A stretch of DNA of 64,000 nucleotides from the human T2T-CHM13v2.0 reference genome, Homo sapiens (GCA_009914755.4 CP068257.2:14624001-14688000); one strand, 5' to 3'. Counted from the stretch's first letter, positions 15,601 to 31,182 are shown. Program-made: numbers and translations. Notes: generated from the sequence alone by a model not told the origin.

Positions 15601-16226
15601 TATTTATTCCAAGATAGTTTTAGTTTCTGTTGCCCAAATAAGTTTCACATTCTGTGAAACTTGCCTTTTCCCAGGGGTTAAGCTCCTGCAGCACTTGAGA
15701 TAGTGAGCAATGGCTTCATTAAAAAACATAAAGCATAACAAAACGATGTGGTAAACCTTGGGGTGCTTTTGTTTTTACTTATTTTAGAATGTACTAACAA
15801 TTTTGTATGCCTCACAATAGAGGCATCCATGTATAAAGACTTGTAACTACTCTTATTATATTCACATTTTCTGGGGCCTTAATTTCATGGTGAACAATAT
15901 CAATCTGTAACTGGGGCAAATTTACATGACATCACATACAAGGCCCAGCAGGTCAAAGGTGGATGAAACAGGTTCACTGCTGCATGCCATGTGTCTTACC
16001 TGGACAGGCAGCCATCAGCTCCTGCTTCAGGTGACCACTGTCTGCAGGTAAAACCAAACTCTGTACATTTTGCTCTTAGTGCCTTATGACCAGTTGTTTT
16101 CACTCATAAATAATGTTTGAATTGTAAGCTCTTTTGCTCTGGAATCCAGAAGCAACCAGTCACTAATGATCATTTTGCAAACTACCTAGTCATCTACCAG
16201 CTAAGAAAATAATGGCCTCTCACTCT

Positions 16227-16230
<4 letters not shown>

Positions 16231-16261
<31 letters not shown>
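16231..16261. repeat. (TG)15 microsatellite
   Basis: Direct reading of an uninterrupted TG dinucleotide run. Confidence 0.95.
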
Positions 16262-16263
<2 letters not shown>

Positions 16264-18595
16264 GAGCTGTTAGCATTCATCAACAACCTTAGTTGTCCCT
16301 ACCAACATAGGCTTCATCAGAAACTTTTCTTTTTTTTTTTTTAGTAGCAAAGATAGGCTACTTAAGATTTTATCTCCAAGTATGAACATAGAAAATATAA
16401 AATATTCAAGCTCTAAATCATACTTTGGATATACCTTCTAATTCTCACTTTGAACTACCTGTGATAAGACGTGACATTTATGTTTTGTCATATTATTCAA
16501 CATATAATTTAAAAATAATTTAAAATCACATCTAAAATTTTAAAAGAACTTAGGCACTAATATGTTTTGTAGTCTTACATTATTATTTAAAATAATAAAA
16601 GAGTAAAATTTTATAGAGTATATTTGTAGGTACATATTTTTCCTTGAAGGGTTACATGCAATGGAAAGAAGATAGATTAAGAAAGAACAGTCACCTATAT
16701 GTAATTAAATTTCAAAATGATATAGAAAAAATTTACTGGAATGAAGAAAAAAATCTGCCTTTTAGACAACTACATGGAAGGTTTATTTTTATTTTGTAAT
16801 ACGGACTTTTGTTCCCGGATAACTTGTAACAAGCTCAAGATGTGGAGTATTAAATGAATTATTACAACATATAGCCTAGAAGTAGGACCGCATTGTAAAC
16901 CATCAAAGGTATAACACACTAAAACAGGCCATGTGATTGTGGTTAACGCACTCATAGCGAGTGCAAGCAAACCTTAACCTTCTGGATTTTTACATGTTAT
17001 GTTTTACTCTTTGGTTTACTTCTTCCTGTGATCAATACCCGGGCAAAGCCAGAGCTCTTCAGGAGAAGGTTGAGATTATAACAATGTCAGCTTTTGCTTT
17101 TAGCGGAGTGATGAGGTTATCAATAATGCATTGGAGATCTTGGGAACCTTTGACATACACATATCACAGCTGCCCCACGTTTATCGTAGGACTTGCAGGT
17201 CTGAGCTGAGTTGTCACCTCATCTGTGTTTGAGCCAGCCATTGATGCAGTCAGTCTCAAGTAATCTTGGGCACCTAGGGAAAGCTGTTGAGATTATTTAA
17301 CTGAAACATTGCATTTGAGGAAGTTATTTAGGAGTGAGAATACATCTATGAAATGGCTTTTATTAAGAAGCTTGTTCAATATTCCTTTAATAACTTTTTG
17401 TCTCCCTAGCTCCCTTCTAATGTTTATAAGTCTTGTTGTTTCTGTGACAAGTTTATTCATATCCTAACAGCTTGTCTGGCAGCAGGGTTCGTGTTTTTTA
17501 CTTGAGCTTTCTGGTCACGGTGGTGGCTGAGAGTAATGGAGGGGGAATAAGTGGGTGTGGAAATGCAAAGCTGTCTCTTGTTACATTTTATCGATCTCAT
17601 TCTGGTGTCATTCAATTAAGACAGAAATGTGATGGATAGTCTCTGCCCAGATTCCTGGGTTGCTCTCCATCCCTTGCAGATACAGCTTTTGTGTTTTATT
17701 TTGGGGGAAGGGATGGGGAAAGGGCACGGGCAAGTGAGAGAAATCAAATATGCTATGTGATCTGAATTACAAATCAGTGTCTCTCTAAGGATGCTCCAAA
17801 ATGTCAAACATGCCATGTTTATATTTTCACATACACAGAGTACTTCTGTTGATGTATGAGATGGGTTACTAGAATTTAAGTTGGGGTTAATTATTGTTGA
17901 TTCATTTTCAAAGACCTGTGAGCTAACATCACTCTTCTACCAGCTCAAGATAATTAAAAATGAGCCACATAGAAAAATACTTGAGTCCAACTCATGCCAT
18001 TTTTGAAGTTTGCAAATGAGAAATTATTTTCTCATTTTTTTTTTTATGAGACTGTGATTCTAAGTTGACCTTTCTGCAAATAGACTTTCAGGCTGATAAA
18101 ATGAAAATAGTAGGTATTTTTTTTTTAGTTTATAAACAATTCATTCTAATTGTTGCCTATGTTATCAAGAAGTGTACTATTGTGAGTAAATTTCAGAATT
18201 TAGGACTGTGTGAATTCTGATCCTTACCCTTGATGATGTATTTTCCCTTAGCTATATCACTACCTTTGTTTGCTACCAGTGTTATAATGAGGGTTGTAGG
18301 AATTCATGGATGTGAGAGGCTCTAAAAGTAACAGTTCATGTATGCAAAGTTTTTTTTAAAAAGACATTAAAATCGCTACTGCAAGCACATATAATAAAAG
18401 CAGGATATGTTCAACAAACTCCCTTGCCCTTCTCAAAACAATGCCAGATTCAAATTGAGCATTCAGAATTTTCTAATCGAGGTTATGGCTTCTGATAATT
18501 AATCCATACTAAAAGGGAGTATGGAATAAAAATATAAGCAGGAGTTTTAACATTAGATCAATATGTTAATGTCCAGGCTCCCCTATATACTCAGT

Positions 18596-18760
18596 ATATG
18601 ACCTTGGGAAACATGCATACAGCCTGTAGTTTAACCTTAATTTCATTATCTGAAAAATAAATAGCATTGCTTTGAGAATTAGGAGACTCAGAATATGAAA
18701 ATGATTGCTCCATGCTTATCCTGTGTACTTGGCCCACGGGAGACATCCAACACGTTTAGT
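18596..18760 (+). mobile_element. MIR SINE fragment
   Basis: tatgaccttgggaaacatgcatacagcctgtagtttaaccttaatttcattatctgaaaaataaatagcattgctttgagaattagg resembles the MIR core (gtgaccttgggcaagtcacttaacctctctgagcctcagtttcctcatctgtaaaatgggg...). Confidence 0.4.
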
Positions 18761-20999
18761 TTTATTCTGAATCCCCCTTTATGGTTTTGACACTGAGTAA
18801 TTTGGTCCTATAATAAGCTTGCTCAGTCATTTGGGAAAGGAATGTAAGCAAAGAAAAATAATACACTTGGGTCCTACCACTGTGAGTCAAAAATTTTCCA
18901 GATCCTAATTCACAGAAGCTAATTTACCAATCTGTGTGATTTTTTTTAGTGATTTTATTAAAAAAACTAATTGTCATTAAAAAGTTATCCTAAAATTTTG
19001 TTTATGGAAGGCACTCCGTGTGTTGTGTCTTAATCCAAATTTATCAGTGATTTTAAACTATCATGCTTTCATCCTAAAATTAAAGAGAAGCTGCTGGTTA
19101 AAGCAGTTGTTTACTAATTTTACAAAAATTATAGGGCACTTGGAAATGATTTAGGTGGGAATTTAACTGATAACCCACATTGTAACCCACTCAATAGTGT
19201 AGAAAAACACAAAATCTTATGCTGCTGGTATATGTCTTGTAGGTATTGTTAAAAACTATACATATATATGTGAGGTGGGACCTGGCTATCTTTATTTTTA
19301 CTGTTTCCTTCTGAGGTTGTAAATTTTTAAATTGGATGTTTAAAAAAATCATCTTCATGAGACAAGGCTTACCAGATATACATCAAAGTATAATTGATAT
19401 CTATTTAAGGAAAATACATCCATAAGACGTAGGTAGTAAGTAAAAAGTTTTTCTACATGATCCAAACATAAGACATAATTAGAGCATGTCTGGGAAAAAA
19501 AAGGATGTATCCTAAATATTGCACATGACTTTTTTCAATATATACTTGGTGTGTGCTAAGACTGCTTAATGCATGCTTTATGAAAACACTACCAACACTT
19601 TGGTTGAAGATGTAATGAGAACAAATTTCTACACTCACATAATCATTGTACACTCAGTAAGCATTACTGCATAATGAACATATTTGTGTGCTTGTGTTGG
19701 GAATTAATGCAAACCATTTTATTCATTTCACAAAGGGTATGAATAGTACTCCTTGATGTGCTAGGATAATGTTATAACTTTTCCCAGATAGGGTAGGAAT
19801 TGCAGTGGTATGTTTGGTCATTCTCTTATCCTTTGAGATAGTTCAGGTCTAAATCTGGGTGTGGGGTGCTTCTTCACTCTCTTGGATCCAAGAAGGTGCT
19901 ACTGAAAAGCAACTTTCCAAGTTGTACTACATTCCACAGCTAACTGATGGAATTTTAAATATTTCATAAGGTAGACTTAAAAAAATCACAAGTAACTATG
20001 ATTTACAGAATTTATAGAAACAGAGGCTCTAGTTTGGGGTCATACCTAATACACTAAGTTTCAGTGTTCAATTCCAGGAGAATACATAACCAAATCATGG
20101 TGACAATATTGCCTCCCCTTAAACTCTTAAAGAACTCTTTTCGTGGCAATTTACAAGATAGTTAAGCACCAGTTGTCAATGATATATGTTTTTCTTTTTA
20201 AAAATTCTTTGCTGCCTGTAGTTAATATTAAAAACTTTGTTGTTGTTTGCGTTCTATTTCTTTATAGGCTTTCTTTCCAATTAGAATGTAAGCTTTGTAA
20301 AGTAAAAGGCAATTGGAGATGATAAATGAAGGTTGAAGTAATCATGCTGACCATACTTAGTGCGCTGGAGAAACAGAAGGTTCCTATATTCGCCATTTTT
20401 ATTTTCTGTTCATCAAAGAGGATTTAAAGGAAGATGCCATCCCTTAGACCCTGGCAGTTCCTTCTCTTCAACGTTTAAACCTCCACTTTACATTATTGAA
20501 CTAACAAGATATTCTAGGCATTCTATTGCAGGCAAGGTATGAACAATTTCAAATTTATCAACAATCAAAATCATCAACAAGATGATGTTAAGTTTCATAA
20601 TCACTCTGCGCCTATCTTTGTGTTTGCAAGATTCTGACTGGTATCTACCTCCATTGGTTTCTCTGTCTTTGTCTTAATATCTTTCCTGCATGGCTTTCTG
20701 GCTATAGCAGCATGGTTTGAAATACTCCCTCAGTAGTCCACTACCATTTATCTCAAATAGATTGTTCTTTTGAAACGTCAAAGTATTTTTTAATACCTTT
20801 TTTGTTACAGTTACAACCTAAGACAACTTCAAGTTGATATTCTCCAAATGAGACTCTGATTCAATGAAATCTGTTCTCTCTATTAGCTCATTTTCTCTCA
20901 ATCTCTATCTCTCTTGCTTTTCACACTTTACTCATCTCTTCCTCTCTAATTGTATTGGAAACTCTTTAGAATCCTAACATTGGAGTTTTGGATATGGCG

Positions 21000-21260
21000 G
21001 GAATCTTAGTGGTCACAGACTTCATCTCTGTGCTTTCACAGATGAAGGTCCCAAGGCTCAGAAAACCTATGGGAGCTCAAATCTAAGAGGAAGTCTAGGA
21101 AAGGTCTTTGCCCTGTGGAGGCCTCTAGGTGTCTTACTGAGGGTCAACCCTATCATCTGGTCTTAGAGTTTGCTGGGCAGAGTTCCTTGTCTTATTTATC
21201 TTTCTGCCCACAGTGCCTGGCACCCTGGAGGAGGCTAACGTATGCTTGTTAAAATAGTCA
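21000..21260 (+). mobile_element. MIR SINE fragment
   Basis: ttcacagatgaaggtcccaaggctcagaaa (MIR ttttacagatgaggaaactgaggcacagag) and cccacagtgcctggcaccctggaggaggctaacgtatgcttgttaaaata (MIR 3' cagtgcctggcacatagtaggcgctcaataaatg). Confidence 0.4.
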
Positions 21261-21869
21261 GAAAACTTTATGCCATATCTGAAGATGTTTTTAACATATG
21301 ATGAGTTAAATTTCATCTTCCCAAATGCAGATGCTAATTATGCGTTCTGAGCATGAGAAGGAATTTGAATGTTTTATAACTATATGTTGATAATTTTCTC
21401 TTTATAGAGATCTGTTACTCCAGAGGAAGAATTTGGGGTCCTGTTTTTCTGTTTCTCCTCAGATCATTTCTAGAAATTAGTATTAGCATTAATATTCTCA
21501 TAATTTTTATATTAGAAGAAGGTACCTCCAAGCTTGTTTTCTGAGTAAGATCCTTTTTGAGAATAACTGGGTGTCTGCTACATAAATTTGACAAGCTATT
21601 TTGGTGGTGAAAGTTTAAACAATACTCTGCTAAGAATAGAAGATATACCCTCAAATCACACATTGAAAAAGGTAGTCCAGATGAAACCTAGAAATTCTTC
21701 ATGTTGATCAACCTTCTCACTATATTCCCACCGTAGCATTTTATCTTTCCTCTCATCAAAATCTGATTAATCTCTTATGGGCTTTTTGTTTTGTTGTGTT
21801 TTGTTTTCAGTCATTAATGAGTATAATGTCAGCCTTTTGGCTATCACTTGAATTACTTAGTTGAATATT

Positions 21870-22168
<299 letters not shown>

Positions 22169-24149
22169 ACTTAGTTGAATATTGAACCAAATTTGTCTCT
22201 GGCCACCAAGCACAGCAAGCTTTCTAAAAGACTGACTTGTAACAGATTGAATTAAGAGCGTGGGAAAGGGAAGTGGAATTATCTGGGCAAGTTGGTCAAT
22301 GAGAATAGGGGTAAAGCAACACAGCCATGCTACTTTCACCTGTCACTTGGGAACAATAATTTTGGAGTGTTTACCCATAACTAAAGATGTCTGGAAAATA
22401 TAGACATGCACTTCTTTGCTTGTTTCCTGTCATGTTATATTGTAAAGCTCACTGTTTTGAGCTAAGCCATAAAAATCCTCAGCTGGGTCCAAGTGTTCCA
22501 CGACTGTTGAATTTGGTCAGGAAGCTTATTTGGTCATTGTACTCAAGGGTGATAAAAGTCCTTGAGGATTAACTCTCACATAATCAAGTTTACAGGAAAA
22601 TCAACAATAGAAAAAAGAAAACAACCATGGATAAATGAAGGATGTATATATTTGTTAGCTGATCAAAACATTTTCTTTCCAGTAGAATAGTGAATTCAGG
22701 AAATCATATTAGTGCTTATATGACCATTACAGATTATAAAATCAAAATAAATTGTATACATTAATCCTAATGATTATCACCAGATAACTATCACCTGAAT
22801 TTCCAGTCAAGTGAGGAGGAATCAGGAGTCTCCAACATGGTTGGCGGGAAACTCCTTTCAAATGGACTCTGCCGTCTTGTCCCTTTTTTATCCTCATGCG
22901 AATTATCATTGCTTATGAGTAAAATAAGTCAACGGAATGCTTGGTATCGTTCAAAACAGATAAAGGTAACTAAGCAAAATATCATCACAGAAGAACAAGC
23001 TAGTTAGCAAAAGAAAGCATGCCGCTTATCAGCATAGATGTCTGTTCTTGTCCTCTTTGTTTATCGATCTGTCTGGTTTTATTTTAGCAAGTAACAGTTT
23101 ATCTAGCAAAGTTTCAAATGCAAGTAAAAAAAAACTGTGGGATTAGAGTACCTGTAATTTTGCTTCCAGACTTCACAAATATAAGAAAAAGTCCCCAAAC
23201 AACTCTACGATTTTGCAAACTTTCTATATTTTGGAAGATAGGTTTTCTGATTTTCTTTTATCAGCAAAAACTAATCAAAGTTGTCTTAGGTGAGCACTAT
23301 GCTCAGTAGAGAGTGACGTGAGTGTACAAAAGACCACTTTTTACCTTAAGCAGTTTGCAATACAGCTAGGTAGAAAGCATCTTGAAATGGAGGGAAGACT
23401 AAGAATTTTAAGTCAGTTCTGAATGCTAAAAAAGTGATACAAATCAATCCTCTTCAGAACTTCAAAATAGAATTGGGCATTTTTTTTTCTACGTAGCCCA
23501 GAGCAATGAGAGAAAGATATTTGGAGGAAATGTGATTTGAGAATTGTTCTAAAAGAAAGTTAGAGACAGACAAACCAACAGAGAAAAAAACATCCCAGAG
23601 AACTTTGTATCTCTGCTCCCAATCTCAGGACCGTGGAGACGTACTCATGGATGGAGAAAATGGACCCACAGAAGATTGCCTCAGGACATCACAGGGGTTA
23701 TCTAGAGCAAAAAAAAAAGGACTAACATTCATTGCATGTTCTCTGGTTGACTTTAATCAGTGGTTTCATGATCCAAATGAAATTACATGTCTCAATGAAT
23801 AAATATGTAGCTATAATACAAAACAATAGGGGCACTTTTGTATTTTGGGCAGGTGGGTGAGTGAAAGTATGTAGGGAAACATTATTTTCACATCTTGTAT
23901 ACATTCTCGGGAGGTACCTATCTGCCAACACCCTTTAGATCTTTTTTGATGTAGACTAAAACATTATACATTCAAAATGGGAGAGAGATGTATAAATTGT
24001 CATAAGAAGTAATGACATGTGTGAAACAGGCCTCATATTTTCCCACTCATCTACTCCTGAAATCCTGCTCCTTTCCAATTTCCTGTCTCAGTAAATGGTA
24101 CCAACATTCACCCACCCAGTAACTCCAGTGTAAAGGCAAGGTGTGATAG

Positions 24150-24910
24150 ATTTCTCTTTTTTTCTGACACTCACATTCTTTCTATCCGCAAGTCTTGCCA
24201 ACTTTACTTTCAACTCTGTTCCAGTACAGTCAATTCCCCATACCCCCAGAACTACCGCTTTTTCTGAAGCCACTGTCATCTGCTACAATAGCCCTCTAAC
24301 TGATATTTCTGTTTTCATTCTTCTCCCCCTAGAGTTAATTTTGCTCACACCAGTTAAGGTGGTTTTTCAAAACTGTAAATTAGATAAAGCTTTTCTATAG
24401 TCTCTCATTAGAAGAAATTTTAACTGCTTACCCTCGACTGCTTGAGCCTACATTTTGAAGCTGCTGCGTATGTGTCTGGCTTCATTTCCTACCACTCTCC
24501 CTTGCATATCATGTCCTAAAGACACTGGCCTTGAAGATGTTCCTCTAACGTGCCTTAATCCTTCTAACCTCAGAGACTTTACACTTACTCTATCTGCCTG
24601 GGACACTCAGCCTTCATATGGGTTTCTCTTTGTTACATTCAGGCTACCACTAAAGCATCTCTTCCTCAGAAAGACGTTATCCAACCTCCCAACCATTACT
24701 TGCAACTCATTACTCTCATCTCATTATCCTCATTTGTTTAGCATCATGGTACTTGTCAATACCTGGACTCACATTATATATTTCTGTATTTGTTTGTTGT
24801 CCTTTTCCTAACATAAGTCCCATAATAGCAAAGGCATTGTCTCTTTTACTTAACCCCAGGATCTAGAAGAATTCAGGGCACAAAAGAAGTATTTGATAAG
24901 TATTTGTTGA
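24150..24910 (+). mobile_element. L2 LINE 3'-end remnant
   Basis: The end ...cccataatagcaaaggcattgtctcttttacttaaccccaggatctagaagaattcagggcacaaaagaagtatttgataagtatttgttgaatgaat resembles the L2/MIR 3' terminus (...ctagaacagtgcctggcacatagtaggtgctcaataaatatttgttgaatgaatgaa). Upstream shows a diverged L2-like sequence. Confidence 0.35.
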
Positions 24911-25206
24911 ATGAATTTATTAAGGAAAGTGGGACATAGTTTGCAAGACTTTATCTGAAGGAGTGAAAAGTTATTTTGTAGCCAGGAGGACCTGGATTAT
25001 AATCTCATTTTAGACACATGCTTTCCTTCTGGACTTGGAGAAATCACTAAACACCCCAGTTTTATCCTATAAAAAATGGAAATTACCTATAAGGCTGGTT
25101 TGCAGAGGGAATTAGAGATAATAAACATTATCAACACAATAGTTGGCCAATAGGAGATGTTTACTGATAGAATAATAATACAATAGTGAATATAAGTGTA
25201 ATAACC

Positions 25207-25326
25207 CCAGGAGGCTGAGACATGAGAATCTCTTGAACCTGGGAAGTGGAGGTTGCAGTGAGTCAAGATCGCGCCACTGCACTTCAGCTTAGGTGACAGA
25301 TCGAGACTCCATCACACACACACAAA
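25207..25326 (+). mobile_element. 5'-truncated Alu (3' ~110 bp only)
   Basis: cccaggaggctgagacatgagaatctcttgaacctgggaagtggaggttgcagtgagtcaagatcgcgccactgcacttcagcttaggtgacagatcgagactccatcacacacacacaaaaa. Confidence 0.8.
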
Positions 25327-27520
25327 AAGAGTAATAACTCAGTGCCCCGAATTGTAGCCAGGATACTTCACCAAAGAAACATAAAATATAAACACCCACC
25401 CCCCAACTCTTCAACTCATTATCAGTGACTTCTATCAGACTCTTGAATATGCACCCTTGGGAAATGGAGTAAGAACCATAGCTTAAATCGTTTAAACTCA
25501 TATGGGACAAAACGATGAAAATATGCAAGAGGGAACAATCTTACATTGGAAAAGAAATCAAGCCAATGACCCAATATATCTTTTTATTATTTCTTGGGAG
25601 AACCTGTATGTTTAATTCATGGAATTCTTCACTGTTTCTATGTTGAAATACACTTATGTGAAAATTGCACTCCTATTAATAAAATAGGACTTTAAAAAGC
25701 CCAAGGATTTTAGTATCGAAATGTTTCTGTGCAATATATTAACATTCATTGACTATGTGAATCCCCACCTGTACTTCGTGTAAATTACCAAAGGTGCCCT
25801 TTCCTCTGTGCACATGACACGTGTGCCCTTGCCGGTGTAATTGGACTCATGCTTAGGGCTTAGTGAGAAGAGCCTGGGCTATATTTCAATCTCACTCACC
25901 ACCCTGGCCAATCTCCCTTTCACAGGGCTCAGTCCAAACAACCATATGCAACATCCTGTAAATGTTAGATAATGAATACAAAGACAGAATAAGATTCCAA
26001 ATAGAGTGAACTGAAGATAGACAAACCTCAGCTATGCCTTTCTTCCATCGGAAATTTTGAACAGCATGTAGAATAAAAGAGACATGTAGTTTCTCTGACA
26101 GAAAAAGCAATTACAAGCATGTCACATTTAAATGTGGATCACTGATTATTATTGACCCAAACTCTAAAAAAGCACTATTGTCCAAGTAGCATGCTTGTCA
26201 ATATTTTAAGCCTAAAAACTAATTTGACAAAGTTGTAGTAAGCTTAGGGTAGGAAAGGGAGGAGTTCATCAGGAACTGAGTAATCCCTGCTTTTTAGAGA
26301 ATACCTTTGGTTTTAAACTTAATTCTAATGATTTTACTGAGTATCCTCTCCTCTGTTGGACATTTCGAGTTGTAGAAAAATGTATGCAAGCAGTTTTGGA
26401 CCTTATGGAAGCAACACTTAGGAGCACCATATCAGTGTATGAGTCACTGTAAAACAGAACACAGAAATACAGAAGCCATGACAACAAAGAAAGCAGGTCC
26501 AAGGAGGAAAAACCTACATATCGGCAGGTGGATCAGAAAAGTTGCATGGGAAAAGTGGACTATTGCATTGGAAGCCTGTAAAGGGCAGGACCACTCTGTC
26601 ATCTTAACTAGCTTGGTAAGCAGATCCTGGGTTTCTGTATTAAAGCTGGTCCTTTGAATGAATGAGAGCACTAATATTTTCAGCTGGAGGAAAACAACAT
26701 GAATAAAAGTAAAAATGGAAGAGTGTAGGGCCTTTTTAGGGAAAGTAGACAATCCACTTTGGCAGGAGTGCAGGGTGTCTACATGGAAAGATGGGGTGTG
26801 AGTTGAGATTGGAAAGATACGAAAGTGTTCACCTGTAGACTAGGTTCTAGGGGAGTGTGTTGTTTTTCTATTTTCCTATTGTTTTCCAGATAATATATTT
26901 CTTTTGAAGTCTTTTGACCATAATCAAGCCTATAATCTATGAAGAATGAATTGCCATATGTATGTAGAAGGTATCATTTGAGTCAAGGAGTGTGAGAATG
27001 ATATGTAAGAAGATGTTCTTATGTAATATGTAAGAGAAGCAATAAGGACTTAATGTGAGACAAAAGTGAATATAATGAAGATGAAGTTTTGGCATGACTT
27101 AGGAAGTGTTTGGGTGAAACAACAACAAAAAAGGAAGCAGAAGGGTTAAAGACAACTGACATTTTGTGCCTGAGTAAATGGAAAAATGGTGTCGAGTTAA
27201 CAGATTAGGTAAAGCTAAGAGGTTTTCCTAGAACTCTGGAAATTTATTAAATATTTTTTCTTAACGAAAAGTGTAAACTGGCCCATAATGTAAGCAAATT
27301 TTGACTGAGATTCATGGTAGATTCTTAGCTCTTTTATAATTATTTAAGTAACATTAACTCTTGTTTATTCATTAAGCTCCAAGTCATCTTATGTAGTCAT
27401 ATATTTGTGTATATATTCCTGTCTTATCTTATGTAATGCAATCAGATTTGATTTGCAAATGTAAATGAACTCATGTATTTAATCAAGAATAAAGACATAA
27501 CACTGAATAACAGCCCTTAA

Positions 27521-27911
<391 letters not shown>

Positions 27912-27924
27912 AAAATTTTTTATT

Positions 27925-28351
<427 letters not shown>

Positions 28352-28859
28352 CTATTTTAAACTTTCAGACAATGAGAACTAACATGACGGATTGTACTCT
28401 AAATTGTTAGCTAATTACTATTAACACAACCTACCTCAAATGATCTTAGCACTCTGTAACAGTCTCCTTTTGTGCTATTTATTTTAAATTCCAACAACTT
28501 TGACCATTATAGCTGATGTAAATGTTTTAAGTAATAGATTGCAAAACAAACAAAAAGAAAGCTAAAAAATCTGAGAAAATGTATTGCTGGATGTAGAACA
28601 GCAAGTGTAGTAGAGGCTGGGGATACTATCAAGAAAATGGTAATGAAGATAGTAAAAACAGATCATTGGCAATTAGGAATTGATGCAAATTCTTTGACAT
28701 TATTAAGGGAAATAGTCATGTCCCTGGAGGCTGGAAAGAGTGGCCAACAATTCTGCAAGGAATAGGAAAGGAAATTTAGGTTTGGGGAGGACTCGTACAT
28801 TCCTCGAATAGAAAATTCTGGAGATGCTGAGTTTCCGGCCTGGCATCAACCCACTCTTG

Positions 28860-29260
28860 TTGGATTTCCAGCCTTATTTTACTATCCACCCTTGTTAAAT
28901 TCCCTCATCCACCCAATTGCTCAGGCCAGAAACCCAGATGTCATACTTGACCTCTCTTTCTGTAATTACCCCAATCTCATTGATCAACAAGTGCTGTTAC
29001 TTTTACCTCACAAATATATTTTTAAACCATCCCATTCTGTTTATCTCCATTGCTACCACCCTAGAATGCGACACTCTTCTCTCACAGCAGAACTATTGCA
29101 ATAACACCCCAAATGTTCTTCTTCAGTTTTTAATCCTTCTCTTTCTCTATCCTCTTTCCCATAGGGCAATCAGATTGATATTTTTAACTCATAGATCTGA
29201 TAATGTCATTCTTTTCTTAAAACCTTCCGAAGTCTTTTCATTGCACACAAATTGAACTTT
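28860..29260 (+). mobile_element. Ancient L2/MIR-related repeat (weak)
   Basis: cccaattgctcaggccagaaacccagatgtcatacttgacctctctttctgtaattaccccaatctcattgatcaacaagtgctgttacttttacctcacaaatatatttttaaaccatcccattctg...ccaccctagaatgcgacactcttctctcacagcagaactattgcaataacacc resembles the L2/MIR3-type consensus (ctgctaccaccctggtccaagccaccatcatctctcacctggactactgcaatagcctcc). Confidence 0.3.
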
Positions 29261-29309
29261 TAAAAGAGGTGCAAATGTCCTGTATTAACTGGCTGTTGGT
29301 CATCCCTCT

Positions 29310-29686
29310 TGATACGGTTTGTCTGTGTCCCCACCCAACTCGCACCTTGAATTGTAGTTTCCATGATCCCCACGTGTTGTGGAGGGGACCAGGTGAAGAT
29401 AATTGAATCATGGGGCCAGTTCCCCCCATCCTGTTCTCCTAATAGTGAGTTGGTTTTCACGGGATCTGATGGTTTTATAAGGGGCTTCCCCTTTGGCGGG
29501 GCTCTCATTCTTCTCTCTCCTGAGCCATGTGAAGAAGAACGTGTTTGCTTCCCCTTCCGCCACGATTGTAAGTTTTCTGAGACTTCCCAGCCCTGCAGAA
29601 CTGTGAGTCAATTAAACCTCTTTCCTTTATAAATTACCCATTCTTGGGTATATCTTTATTGGCAGTGTGAGAGCAGACTAATATAC
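29310..29686 (+). mobile_element. ERVL-MaLR LTR, THE1/MST family
   Basis: tgatacggtttgtctgtgtccccacccaactcgcaccttgaattgtagtttccatgatccccacgtgttgtggaggggaccaggtgaagataattgaatcatgggg...ctgtgagtcaattaaacctctttcctttataaattacccattcttgggtatatctttattggcagtgtgagagcagactaatatac aligns end-to-end with THE1B (TGATATGGTTTGGCTGTGTCCCCACCCAAATCTCATCTTGAATTGTAGCTCCCATAATTCCCACGTGTTGTGGGAGGGACC...CAGTGTGAGAATGGACTAATACA). Confidence 0.8.
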
Positions 29687-30560
29687 CTCTCAACTCATCA
29701 CTCCTTTTGCCTAGATGGGATCTGCTGCAGGCAAGATATTCCCGGCCTCAGAAGCTGAGGGGAGAACCTTCTGTTCTTCCCCACCTTCGGCTTGCATTCC
29801 TCCTTCAGCATCTTCTTAAGGACAGTTTCTACTGCACAGTGATCAAAGTTGCAGAGGGGTGAAGTGTGGATATCCAGGAACCCCCATTTTACTGTTACTG
29901 TCTTTACTGCACTTTCCACTATCCAGGGAGGGTAGTTTATGCCCTTTGGGTGCTTTTGGGTGCGTATCAGAGGAACCCACTGGGAACATTCGACTGTACT
30001 TCCTGTGTGTTGGGTAATAGAGTTTCCTCTCATTGTGTGTCATCCTCAGCTCACCTTTTTAGGGATCTATTCCACACAACTTTCTCCCTTATGATGTCCA
30101 GTATCCTTCCAGGTGTTCTGTTAGAGAGCTTCTTTTCATGCTTGGGAACACAAATATGGCTCACAGGCTATATTCATCTATTTTTGCACTGACGAATTCT
30201 GGGAATTTAAGCAGATTATCAACATTGTAGGAAGCTCTTCTTGAATCGAAGGCTGAAGCAGTTAGCTAATCCAAGTGTGACATTTACATTGTCCAACAGG
30301 ATTCAAAGTCAATTCCACTCTGTCTTCAAACTTCAGCTCCCCAAGTGGTCCTACTGAAATCTCTTTCATTAAAATTGAGTGGAAAGGCAGGCCCAATGCT
30401 CCCCAAAGAAATCTTCCTCAGAAAACCCTCTCACGTCTCTTCATTTCAGGCCTTATATAGTTTCAATGTGTTCACAGCCACCTACTTTGAAATTCCTACT
30501 TTGCCACTTAATACCTCCTATATAATGGTACTCCAATTAAACACTTTTAATGTAATGCAC
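29687..30560 (+). mobile_element. Possible MaLR internal (THE1/MST-int) sequence downstream of the LTR
   Basis: Inferred only from position immediately 3' of the LTR and the absence of another recognisable repeat. No direct consensus match could be made. Confidence 0.2.
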
Positions 30561-30747
30561 TGATATATACCCAAAATAAATAAAATCTTATATAAAGTGA
30601 CAACTTTAACTCTGATTTTAAATTAGACTTATCAAATTGAACACCAAAAGAGCATTTCAGTATGTAATTATTGGTACAGATGACCCATGTCAAAAAACTT
30701 TTAAATTAAAGCCAAAGTATCTAATGCACTTAGAAAAGTGGACCATC

Positions 30748-31182
<435 letters not shown>

